Positions 19,952 through 27,734 of a stretch of 64,000 bases of DNA are shown one piece after another. Position numbers and translations under genes: made by a program. The first letter of the stretch is position 1; the number at the start of each line of letters is the position of its first letter. The notes under the pieces are model-generated. The model ran no database searches and had not been told where the DNA came from. It saw nothing but the letters and a program-made list of their open reading frames with translations. The stretch lies in IMG/VR virus record IMGVR_UViG_3300017917_002434, positions 62,001 through 126,000 of that record. The stretch is one strand, 5' to 3'.

Positions 19952-20680
19952 ATGCGAGACATTCTTAATAAACTAACAGCGATCAGCGAAACTGCCCTTA
20001 GAGACAAGGAAGATCTAGACGCTAAACGCCAAGCATTGCAGGACTTAGAATCTGATCCTGTAGCTTCCGAAGACCCTGAAATTTCTAGTGCTATAGCACA
20101 ACGCAGAGCAGATCTAGAAAAAGAAGCTAAATCTAAAGGATTCACAGAGTCTTTAGAAATAGGAGACGGGTTTGGCATTAGCTTTTCTGAAGATTTTGAA
20201 ATTGCTACTGAGATTGTAGATATTTTAGAAGACGGAATCGTTATTGATTTAGATGATACAGCATTAGACATGCTAACCAAAGAAGGTTTAGTATTCTTAG
20301 AAGGCGAAATAGTAGAGGGCGAACAGCACGGTAACAGTAAAATTTACGATAAGTGCTGGAAAGGCCATAGAAAAGTCCCAGGTAAAGCAAGAGGCGAAAA
20401 AGGTTCTTGTAAAAAGATCGGTGAGGATAAGGAAGTCGACGAAGCCGAGTATCAAGGTAAAGAAGTTCCGCTAGGTAAGAAGTTACCGGGCGATGTAAAG
20501 AAATCAAAAGTATATGTACGCAAACCAAACGGTAAAGTTGTCAAAGTAAACTTTGGCGATAAGAAGATGCGTATTAAAAAATCAAATCCAGCACGTAGAA
20601 AATCTTTCCGTGCTAGACACAACTGTAAAAATCCAGGACCACGCTGGAAGGCACGTTACTGGTCATGTAGGAGCTGGTAA
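19952..20680 (+). CDS. Putative head-associated protein, acidic N-terminus and basic C-terminal domain
   Basis: C-terminal KVNFGD..RRKSFRARHNC..ARYWSC domain seen in large phages. Confidence 0.55.
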   Translation: MRDILNKLTAISETALRDKEDLDAKRQALQDLESDPVASEDPEISSAIAQRRADLEKEAKSKGFTESLEIGDGFGISFSEDFEIATEIVDILEDGIVIDLDDTALDMLTKEGLVFLEGEIVEGEQHGNSKIYDKCWKGHRKVPGKARGEKGSCKKIGEDKEVDEAEYQGKEVPLGKKLPGDVKKSKVYVRKPNGKVVKVNFGDKKMRIKKSNPARRKSFRARHNCKNPGPRWKARYWSCRSW

Positions 20681-21027
20681 TGAGATTATTTGAATTATTT
20701 GGTCCTGAGCCTGAAAATAAAGACGAAAGAGTAAATTCAGACATAGATTATGTATCTGATTTAAAATTTTTTATCGATAACGATAATGAATTAGTTAGTC
20801 ACAGTTTATTTCCTGCTATCAAGAAGCACAAAAAATTAGGCGGAGAGCCAGGACAATATCATGTCTACCTAGACGCTGTTAGATCCGCTATACCAAAATA
20901 CTGTGCCGAATACGATATGACCGATATCCAAGAAGATGTGTTTACCAATGAAGTCATTGAAGCAGTCTGTAAAAAATTTGCTGAAGAACAGTGTAAGTAT
21001 CTAGAACGCGGCGATTATGAGAATTAA
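20680..21027 (+). CDS. Hypothetical protein (MRLFELF N-terminus)
   Basis: Coupled ORF in the late array. Confidence 0.6.
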   Translation: MRLFELFGPEPENKDERVNSDIDYVSDLKFFIDNDNELVSHSLFPAIKKHKKLGGEPGQYHVYLDAVRSAIPKYCAEYDMTDIQEDVFTNEVIEAVCKKFAEEQCKYLERGDYEN

Positions 21028-21703
21028 TGAATTATTTGAAGACGCTGGTAAAACAGTAGCAGTCGCCTTTGGCAGACTGAATCCACCTACGATTGGTCAT
21101 GAGAAATTAGTCGAGGCCGTATTAAAACAAAAAGCCGACGATCATTTTTTATTTGTTTCTCAGACAACTAAGACTACAGGTAAAAATGATACGAGATTTA
21201 AAAATCCTATACCATTTAATATCAAGATACATTTTGTAGAAAAAGCATTTACTAATATCCCAATAGGAGATACATCTGTTAAAACAGTTATACAGATGAT
21301 GCAATATTTAGAAGACAAAGGATATGAAAATGTAATCTTCGTCTGCGGTAGTGATCGTGTTCCAGAGTTTACACAATTACTTAATGCTCAAAATGGCGTA
21401 GATTATAATATTAAAAATTTAAAGATCGAGTCTAGCGGTGCTAGAGATCCAGACGGCGAAGGAGCAGAAGGAATGAGTGGGACTAAGCTCAGGCAGGCAG
21501 CGATCGATAATGATCTAGAAAAATTTAGATCAGGTTTAGCATCAGGTCTACAGGCAGATGCTGAGGCAGTATTTGCAGCAGTTCGAGAAGGTTTACAACC
21601 GTGGATTACAGAAAGTGTTGTTGAAGGCTACGGTCGTTATTGGTGTTCTACAGATAAAAAATGGAAAACACGCAAAGGTCCTAAACAAAAGAGATCATCA
21701 TGA
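21017..21703 (+). CDS. HxGH-type nucleotidyltransferase (phage cytidyltransferase-like)
   Basis: FGRLNPPTIGH, NP, GSDR, MSGTKLR motifs. Confidence 0.8.
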   Translation: MRINELFEDAGKTVAVAFGRLNPPTIGHEKLVEAVLKQKADDHFLFVSQTTKTTGKNDTRFKNPIPFNIKIHFVEKAFTNIPIGDTSVKTVIQMMQYLEDKGYENVIFVCGSDRVPEFTQLLNAQNGVDYNIKNLKIESSGARDPDGEGAEGMSGTKLRQAAIDNDLEKFRSGLASGLQADAEAVFAAVREGLQPWITESVVEGYGRYWCSTDKKWKTRKGPKQKRSS

Positions 21704-23178
21704 GAGCAAAAGAATTTATCGTAAAGAAAAGAGATCCTAATTGGCAAACACTACAGGCCAAACGCACTAGCGGTGCTGCTGGGGCTCATAAAAATAAAAA
21801 GAAAGCTGCGAAGCAAGGTGATGTCAAACACAAAGCCAAATCTATGGCAGAGGGTTACAACCTAGGTGGTCTTGAGAAAGGCAAGTATTATCTCCACAGC
21901 ATTTACTCTGACAGTGAAATATTTACAGATCCCCGATCTGGCGATCCTATGTCATTTGACAGTTACGACGAAGCGGAAGATTTTCGCAGCGGTATGAGTG
22001 GTCGTGAACATGACGAATACCAAGTATCAGTATTCAATCAAGGGCAGTTGCTGCCTGTAGATGAAAGTGTATCAGAAGGTTCAGATTCTACCATTGCCAC
22101 CTTAGATGATGTTTTTAATGAACATGATTTTTATCGTTTAGAACACATCTGGCCCGCTTTAGAAGCAGGAGATAAAAAAGAAGCCCTAAGACAGATCAAT
22201 CATTATCTTCGCAAAGGTAAGAACCGTGCGTGGTGGGGAGACCTACAAGCCGTTGATATTAAAATAGATTCTAGCGATGTCGAGAACTCAATGGTGATGT
22301 GGAGTAAACCTATCAAGCAAGGCGTAGAGGAAGGTTTACTAACTGAAGATCCAGTAACTGCATTTGCAAGTAAAGCACATGACGAGTGGCGTCAAGGATG
22401 GATCAAACAAAACGGTGGCAAAAATCTTCCTAGAGTTAAGAAAAACAGCGACGGATCCGAGGGCGATATCAACGTTCCATTTAATAAACTTCACCCAGAC
22501 TGGCAACGAGAAAATTTGGCGGCGGGGAAGGCTGCTGAAGCCGCTGTGAAGTCGTATCCGAACGCACTTTCGGATCCCGACGAAATGGAAAAAGCTGCCG
22601 AATTTATTCATGTTGAATGGATGAAACGTAATCCCAAGGCTGATTATAATGCGGCTCAACACGTATCTTATGATCAACTGCCTGAGCCAGAAAAAGAAAA
22701 GGATCGTGTTCACGTTCGAACTATGGCTAAACTTATGGGTAAAACCGGAGGCTCTGTACAAGAATACGGAGATACTGCTAAAGGTCAGAAGATGTTGACT
22801 AAAGTTCATAAGCGAGCAGTTGATCGTATGATTAAAGCAGACGATAAGAGAGATGCTAAAGACGCTAAAAAGAATCAGCAAAGTGCTAATCGTGCTTGGG
22901 ATAGATTTGGCGAGAAAGAAAAGTATGGCGAAGATATAGAAATGGAAAGGGTAAGAGATCCCGAAGACTGGGACGAAGGCAACACCGAACCGCCAAACAA
23001 TATGGCAATCTATATTAACGGCAAGAAATGGAAAGTATTTCCAGGTCGTGGTCGATATGCCGACGACGAAAGAGAGATGAAACAGTTCTACGACTTAAAG
23101 GCATGGTGCCAAAGAAAATCAGAAGCAACAGGCAAGAAATGGGAAGTTTCTAGAACAGGCGAGCCTGCTACAGCATAA
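21700..23178 (+). CDS. Modular protein containing two RyR-like repeats
   Basis: AHDEWR...VPFNKL...REN and IHVEWM...VSYDQLPEPEKEKDR. Confidence 0.6.
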   Translation: MRAKEFIVKKRDPNWQTLQAKRTSGAAGAHKNKKKAAKQGDVKHKAKSMAEGYNLGGLEKGKYYLHSIYSDSEIFTDPRSGDPMSFDSYDEAEDFRSGMSGREHDEYQVSVFNQGQLLPVDESVSEGSDSTIATLDDVFNEHDFYRLEHIWPALEAGDKKEALRQINHYLRKGKNRAWWGDLQAVDIKIDSSDVENSMVMWSKPIKQGVEEGLLTEDPVTAFASKAHDEWRQGWIKQNGGKNLPRVKKNSDGSEGDINVPFNKLHPDWQRENLAAGKAAEAAVKSYPNALSDPDEMEKAAEFIHVEWMKRNPKADYNAAQHVSYDQLPEPEKEKDRVHVRTMAKLMGKTGGSVQEYGDTAKGQKMLTKVHKRAVDRMIKADDKRDAKDAKKNQQSANRAWDRFGEKEKYGEDIEMERVRDPEDWDEGNTEPPNNMAIYINGKKWKVFPGRGRYADDEREMKQFYDLKAWCQRKSEATGKKWEVSRTGEPATA

Positions 23179-23396
23179 TGGAACTATCAGACTTAAAACG
23201 CCTTGCTGGCATTAAGGAATTTAAAGGTTACCAACCCTATGGTGGTAGCAATATCAGCATCACTGGTACTGAAAAAAGACAATTAGAAAAGAAACACAAC
23301 ATTAGGCCCGGGACACCAGAATGGTTTAAGTTATGGTTTAGTTTGCCGTACCTAACAGGAGAAAAACCAGTAGGAGACGATCAATGGTCGAGATAA
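23178..23396 (+). CDS. Hypothetical protein
   Basis: Coupled ORF; LKRLAGI motif; [13 protein letters not shown]. Confidence 0.6.
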   Translation: MELSDLKRLAGIKEFKGYQPYGGSNISITGTEKRQLEKKHNIRPGTPEWFKLWFSLPYLTGEKPVGDDQWSR

Positions 23397-23710
23397 GCGA
23401 ATCAGCAAAAGCTAAAGTAATTGATTTATTAAATGAGGAAAATAATCCCGATTTAAAATTAAGAACATTTGTACAAGGTGGCGGCTGCTCTGGATTCCAA
23501 TACGGCTTTACTTTTGACGAAGAACAGAATGATGATGATTGGGAAATAAATCTAGACGGTAAGTGGAAGCTATTAGTAGATTCGATGAGCATGACCTATC
23601 TTAACGGAGCCCAGATCGACTACACCGATGATATTAATGGTAGTCAATTTACAATTAAGAATCCCAATGCTCAAACAACATGCGGATGCGGAAGTAGTTT
23701 TACAATATGA
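23384..23710 (+). CDS. erpA: A-type Fe-S carrier (ErpA/IscA family)
   Basis: [30 protein letters not shown]. Confidence 0.9.
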   Translation: MVEISESAKAKVIDLLNEENNPDLKLRTFVQGGGCSGFQYGFTFDEEQNDDDWEINLDGKWKLLVDSMSMTYLNGAQIDYTDDINGSQFTIKNPNAQTTCGCGSSFTI

Positions 23711-23781
23711 ACCAATATCCAGTATATCCAGAACAACAAGGCGAACAAGATCGCCCTTTAAATCCCTACGGACAACACTAA
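23707..23781 (+). CDS. Micro-ORF, 24 aa (not in ORF track)
   Basis: [24 protein letters not shown]; ATGA overlap upstream and TAATG overlap downstream. Confidence 0.5.
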   Translation: MNQYPVYPEQQGEQDRPLNPYGQH

Positions 23782-25142
23782 TGAGAGCAAAAGAAATTCA
23801 GCCTAAGACATTAGTGGTCTTTGACATAGATGATACTCTGGTTCATACTCAGACCAAAGTTCATGTAGTCAAGGACGGTGAGGTAGTAAAGAGCTTAAAC
23901 AGTCACGACTTTACACATTACAAACTACAACCAGGTGAAAGTTTTGACTTTGAAGATTTTCGCAATGCTAGAGAGTTCTTTGAAAAATCTCGTCCTATCA
24001 TTCCTATGATGAATCAACTCAAGCGTGATATCGCTAGAGGAAACAAAGTTGTTATGGTCACTGCTCGTGCTGATTTCGATGACAAAGAATTGTTCTTAGA
24101 TACTTTCCGTAAGTACGGAGTAGACATTGATAAAGTACATGTCTATCGTGCGGGAAACAGTAAACAGGGAACCACAGAGGAACGTAAAAAAGCTATCATA
24201 AAAACTCTGTTAGATAAAGACAATTATAGCAAAGCTATCATGTATGATGATGCTAAACCTAATCTACATACATTTATAGAATTAAAAAATGACCATCCTA
24301 AGACACGCTTTTATGCTTGGCATGTAAGCCTAGAAGGAGAAGCCTCAGAATATATGAGAGAAGGAATGGTCAGCGAAAAGAGACGCCGACGCAAATTCAG
24401 AGGAGCAGCCTACGGTCCGGGACCATTCGGCGGGTATGGATATGCTACAGGATACAGCGGAGATGGTGGCGGTGCTGTGGGAGAAGCTAGTTACGCAGGT
24501 AACATCGGTGCTATGGAAGTGTTCAAGTTCATGCAGAAAGCAGGACCTGAAGAAAAAGAAATCCTAAAACAATTAATTGCTAGAAAGGATTATAGTCGTG
24601 CGTGGGCATTGATACAGGGGCTAACTGGTGTTAAACTTCAAGGTAAAGAATTTGAGGATCAACATCCTAACGAACAGCCCAGAGGTCCTGAAACTAAACC
24701 AACTATGCCCAAAGGTACAGTCAAAGTAGATGTATCCGATGTCTACGATTGGTACAAATTAGGTCAGCATATTAGTAATATGCGAGGACTGGGCAAACAC
24801 GATTTTGGACAAGGTCCGCCTAGCACTATTTTTTCATTCGGGGACGAAGAATTAGAACACAAATATATTCAGGCATTGCTAAAGACAGGATTAACAACGA
24901 CCGACATCGACCCTGCTGGTCACAAAAAACGCAAAGGACAAAAAGTAGATCCTACTTATAATGTTGAAAATTTTGCTGATGGTAAAGTAAAAGGCAAAAG
25001 CCGACCTGGTCGTGTAAAACGTGCCGGTGCTAGCTGTGACGGATCTGTAACTGACCTAAGAAAACGTGCTAAAAATTCATCAGGCGAAAAAGCCAAGATG
25101 TATCACTGGTGTGCTAATATGAAATCAGGACGCGGTAAATAA
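23781..25142 (+). CDS. Modular protein: HAD phosphatase domain plus short C-terminal modules
   Basis: VFDIDDTL, VTAR, YDD HAD motifs; start moved to MRAKEI (TAATG coupling). Confidence 0.75.
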   Translation: MRAKEIQPKTLVVFDIDDTLVHTQTKVHVVKDGEVVKSLNSHDFTHYKLQPGESFDFEDFRNAREFFEKSRPIIPMMNQLKRDIARGNKVVMVTARADFDDKELFLDTFRKYGVDIDKVHVYRAGNSKQGTTEERKKAIIKTLLDKDNYSKAIMYDDAKPNLHTFIELKNDHPKTRFYAWHVSLEGEASEYMREGMVSEKRRRRKFRGAAYGPGPFGGYGYATGYSGDGGGAVGEASYAGNIGAMEVFKFMQKAGPEEKEILKQLIARKDYSRAWALIQGLTGVKLQGKEFEDQHPNEQPRGPETKPTMPKGTVKVDVSDVYDWYKLGQHISNMRGLGKHDFGQGPPSTIFSFGDEELEHKYIQALLKTGLTTTDIDPAGHKKRKGQKVDPTYNVENFADGKVKGKSRPGRVKRAGASCDGSVTDLRKRAKNSSGEKAKMYHWCANMKSGRGK

Positions 25143-25145
25143 ATT

Positions 25146-25331
25146 ATGAAGATTGAAGAAATCACTGGACAGTTCAAATTCTTTGCTGCTAAAGTTAAAA
25201 TTAAGCAGAGCGGTTATAGCCAGATCATCGATACTACTATAACTGCTAAAAATCAAGAAATGGCTAGAAGGTTGATTAAGGCACAATATGGAAAAACTGC
25301 CCTAGTAAGTAACGTTAGAGAAATCAAATGA
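25146..25331 (+). CDS. Hypothetical protein (MKIEEI)
   Basis: TAAATA immediately upstream. Confidence 0.6.
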   Translation: MKIEEITGQFKFFAAKVKIKQSGYSQIIDTTITAKNQEMARRLIKAQYGKTALVSNVREIK

Positions 25332-25594
25332 AAATCGCAGAAATTATATTAGAGTCAGGTACTGAGGGCGGAACTACAACAGACATGATCGCTAAAGTAG
25401 TAAACCCGCAAGTTGCTATCGGTAACGATCGAGGAAACCGCAGCTACACTGGTAGTCCAGGAAAATCGGGTACTAAAGCACCCCGTGTGCCCAAGGCTGT
25501 ACAAGCTAAAAACCCAGACGGTACTGCTAAAAATGCCCTAGATATCGATACAAACATATTTGGTTCTGGGTCTGCTATCAAAAGATATAAATAA
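25328..25594 (+). CDS. Hypothetical protein (MKIAEIILE)
   Basis: ATGA-coupled. Confidence 0.6.
   Translation: MKIAEIILESGTEGGTTTDMIAKVVNPQVAIGNDRGNRSYTGSPGKSGTKAPRVPKAVQAKNPDGTAKNALDIDTNIFGSGSAIKRYK
25586..25593 (+). promoter_or_regulatory. T4-consensus late promoter TATAAATA
   Basis: Exact T4 late consensus, 5 nt before ATG 25599. Confidence 0.6.
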
Positions 25595-25598
25595 TACT

Positions 25599-25937
25599 AT
25601 GAAGAATAATGTGTTAAATGAAGACAACGATCTAGGTCCGCAGGACCATGAAGCTTCTATGGCTAGAGCAGAGCTTTACAAATCTGCTGAATATGCCATC
25701 AAAATATTTCATATGATCCAACCAGGAGACAATCTCGAAGGATGGGTAGCTGCTAAAATTACTAAAGCTGCTGATTATCTAGATTCTGTAGCACATTATA
25801 TGGAATATCAGAAAAAATTTGAAGAGCCTAAAATGGACGACAAAATGTCCTTAGACTCGGAACCAGAAGAATCACTGACTGCTGAAGTTGCCGAAAACCT
25901 CGCAGATCAATGGAAAAAATTTAAGACACAAGGATAA
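25599..25937 (+). CDS. Hypothetical head-associated protein
   Basis: Start moved to MKNNVLNE; LEGWV..KIT.A.DYL motif. Confidence 0.6.
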   Translation: MKNNVLNEDNDLGPQDHEASMARAELYKSAEYAIKIFHMIQPGDNLEGWVAAKITKAADYLDSVAHYMEYQKKFEEPKMDDKMSLDSEPEESLTAEVAENLADQWKKFKTQG

Positions 25938-25941
25938 GAAC

Positions 25942-26895
25942 ATGGATTTCAAATCTATACTAAGCAAACTAGACAATTTGTCTGCTCCTCCAAAGGGAGT
26001 CCAAGCACCAAAGCAAGCCGAACCTATTAGATTAGACGAAGGCACAGAATTACGTGTTCTAGCCGGTGTTACAGCATTAACTGAATCCGTTATTGCTGAA
26101 AAGAAATTAACAGCTGGTGAAAAGAAAAAGAAAGAAGAAGTTGTTAAGTCTATGAAAAAAGACAAAGAGGGCTTCAGCAAGCGTTATGGTAAACGTGGCG
26201 AAGAAGTTATGCACGCTACTGCTACTAAGATCGCTAAAAAGAAAGCTGAGAGTGTCAAGTCAAGCGACGAAACTATCGAAGAAGAAATGAAAGTCGGCGA
26301 TACAAAAAAGACACAACACGGCACTTTAACTAAAACAGCTACAGGTGTTAAGCATACAAGAGATCACAAACCAGAAGACGACGACGATTATGTACCTCCA
26401 AAGAAAGAAAAGAAAACTGCTATGACTGGAGCAGAGCGTCGAGAGCAGAAAGCTAAAGACAAAGAACAAGCTAAAGCTTCTAAAGAATACGAAAAGAAGA
26501 ATCCAGGTTCTGTAAAAAAATATGTTGATGGTAAGCTAGTCAAAGAAGCTAACAAACTAGATCCAGTCGGCAAAGAAGACGATGATGTCAACAATGATGG
26601 CAAGAAAGACAGTTCAGATGAGTATCTGAAGAAACGTAGAGCTGCTGTTTCTAAAGCAGTCGGTGGCAAGAAAGCAAATACTAAAGAGTCGCTATCATTC
26701 ATCACGGCATTGAAAGTAGTAAAAGAAAGTCGCGGCGAATTCCAGATCGATCCTATGGACAAGGAATTATGGGCATGGGCAGAACGTGTTGGTAAGACCA
26801 AGTTTACTGAATCAGTTCAAGCACAGGCATTTGCTGCTGCTACTTACGAAAGAATGGGCGGCGAGTGGAACTTACATAAAATTATCAAAGAATAA
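25942..26895 (+). CDS. Highly charged putative internal/scaffold-like head protein
   Basis: Start moved to MDFKSIL; K/E-rich with many hydrophobic-x-E sites. Confidence 0.55.
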   Translation: MDFKSILSKLDNLSAPPKGVQAPKQAEPIRLDEGTELRVLAGVTALTESVIAEKKLTAGEKKKKEEVVKSMKKDKEGFSKRYGKRGEEVMHATATKIAKKKAESVKSSDETIEEEMKVGDTKKTQHGTLTKTATGVKHTRDHKPEDDDDYVPPKKEKKTAMTGAERREQKAKDKEQAKASKEYEKKNPGSVKKYVDGKLVKEANKLDPVGKEDDDVNNDGKKDSSDEYLKKRRAAVSKAVGGKKANTKESLSFITALKVVKESRGEFQIDPMDKELWAWAERVGKTKFTESVQAQAFAAATYERMGGEWNLHKIIKE

Positions 26896-26912
26896 AAGTT
26901 CATTTGGTAAAC

Positions 26913-26943
26913 AAAAGCCGGTTAATCATTGACCGGCTTTTTT
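26913..26943 (+). terminator. Intrinsic terminator
   Basis: AAAAGCCGGT/ACCGGCTTTT stem followed by Ts. Confidence 0.8.
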
Positions 26944-26957
26944 ATTGACTATATAAT
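26929..26957 (+). promoter_or_regulatory. Sigma70 promoter TTGACC-N17-TATAAT
   Basis: Overlaps the 3' arm of the terminator; heads the replication block. Confidence 0.7.
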
Positions 26958-26982
26958 GTACATTATTAACCGGAGTTAACAA

Positions 26983-27243
26983 ATGGCAAAAATGTACGGC
27001 CCAGAAGAAAAGGCAAAGCTCGAAAGATTGATTACCGAAGGCGGCAATGTCCTTCGAGAGATTGAAGATCTACAAGAAGGTCTCAAAGAAACTGTAAAAG
27101 CTGTAGCCGAAGAATTACAAGTTAAACCTAGCATTATTAACAAAGCAATTAAAATCGCACATAAAGATAATTGGAAAGACCACGAACAAGAATGGGACGA
27201 AATCGAAATGATCTTAGGTGTAACCAAAAGATTACCTGAATGA
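26983..27243 (+). CDS. T4 DsbA-like dsDNA-binding protein
   Basis: Size and the pattern L..LI.E.......IE.....LKE.....AEEL......INKAIKIAHK. Confidence 0.6.
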   Translation: MAKMYGPEEKAKLERLITEGGNVLREIEDLQEGLKETVKAVAEELQVKPSIINKAIKIAHKDNWKDHEQEWDEIEMILGVTKRLPE

Positions 27244-27530
27244 TAGATATATTAAATGGAACAGTCAATTGGATCAAACAAGATTACTCGAGCAATAGAA
27301 TACGTTTTTGCCTTGAGGTCCTTGCTTGGGCTATCAGCATTGGCTGTTCTATCACTATGGCACTCACCGTTCCAACACCACCTCTCATCATACTTTACCC
27401 AATCTGGATTATTGGTTGTGCTATATACGCTGGGTGTGCTCTTAGTCGTGGTTCCTTTGGTATGTTGGCTAATTATCTCTTACTGGTCACAATCGACACA
27501 GTAGGATTGGCCAGGATGATACTTCAATGA
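27240..27530 (+). CDS. Membrane protein (~3 TM)
   Basis: Three hydrophobic segments. Confidence 0.6.
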   Translation: MIDILNGTVNWIKQDYSSNRIRFCLEVLAWAISIGCSITMALTVPTPPLIILYPIWIIGCAIYAGCALSRGSFGMLANYLLLVTIDTVGLARMILQ

Positions 27531-27658
27531 CTGCTATAGCACTAGAAATTATTTTCAACTGGGTGTTAATGGGAATAATCCTATCAGCTGTAATGGTAAT
27601 CGGTTTATATTTTGCTATTCTATGCGAAAAATTTATTGACTACTTACGCAGTCAATAA
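27527..27658 (+). CDS. Small single-TM protein, 43 aa (not in ORF track)
   Basis: ATGA-coupled; MTAIALEIIFNWVLMGIILSAVMVIGLYFAILCEKFIDYLRSQ. Confidence 0.55.
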   Translation: MTAIALEIIFNWVLMGIILSAVMVIGLYFAILCEKFIDYLRSQ

Positions 27659-27672
27659 ATATATTAGAGTAA

Positions 27673-27728
27673 GGTTTGATCAGCCATAAATGATCCGTTT
27701 GGTTTGCCAGCCGCAAGTGGCATAGGAG
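27673..27728 (+). promoter_or_regulatory. Tandem hairpins in the DNA polymerase leader (putative translational operator)
   Basis: GATCA-gccataaa-TGATC and TGCCA-gccgcaag-TGGCA; the second abuts the TAGGAG RBS. Confidence 0.6.
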
Positions 27729-27734
27729 AAAAAT

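Noticed and set aside
23628-23780. N-terminal extension of the HAD protein in the ORF track
   Set aside because: It overlaps erpA and a better-coupled micro-ORF; ATG 23781 is the more plausible start.
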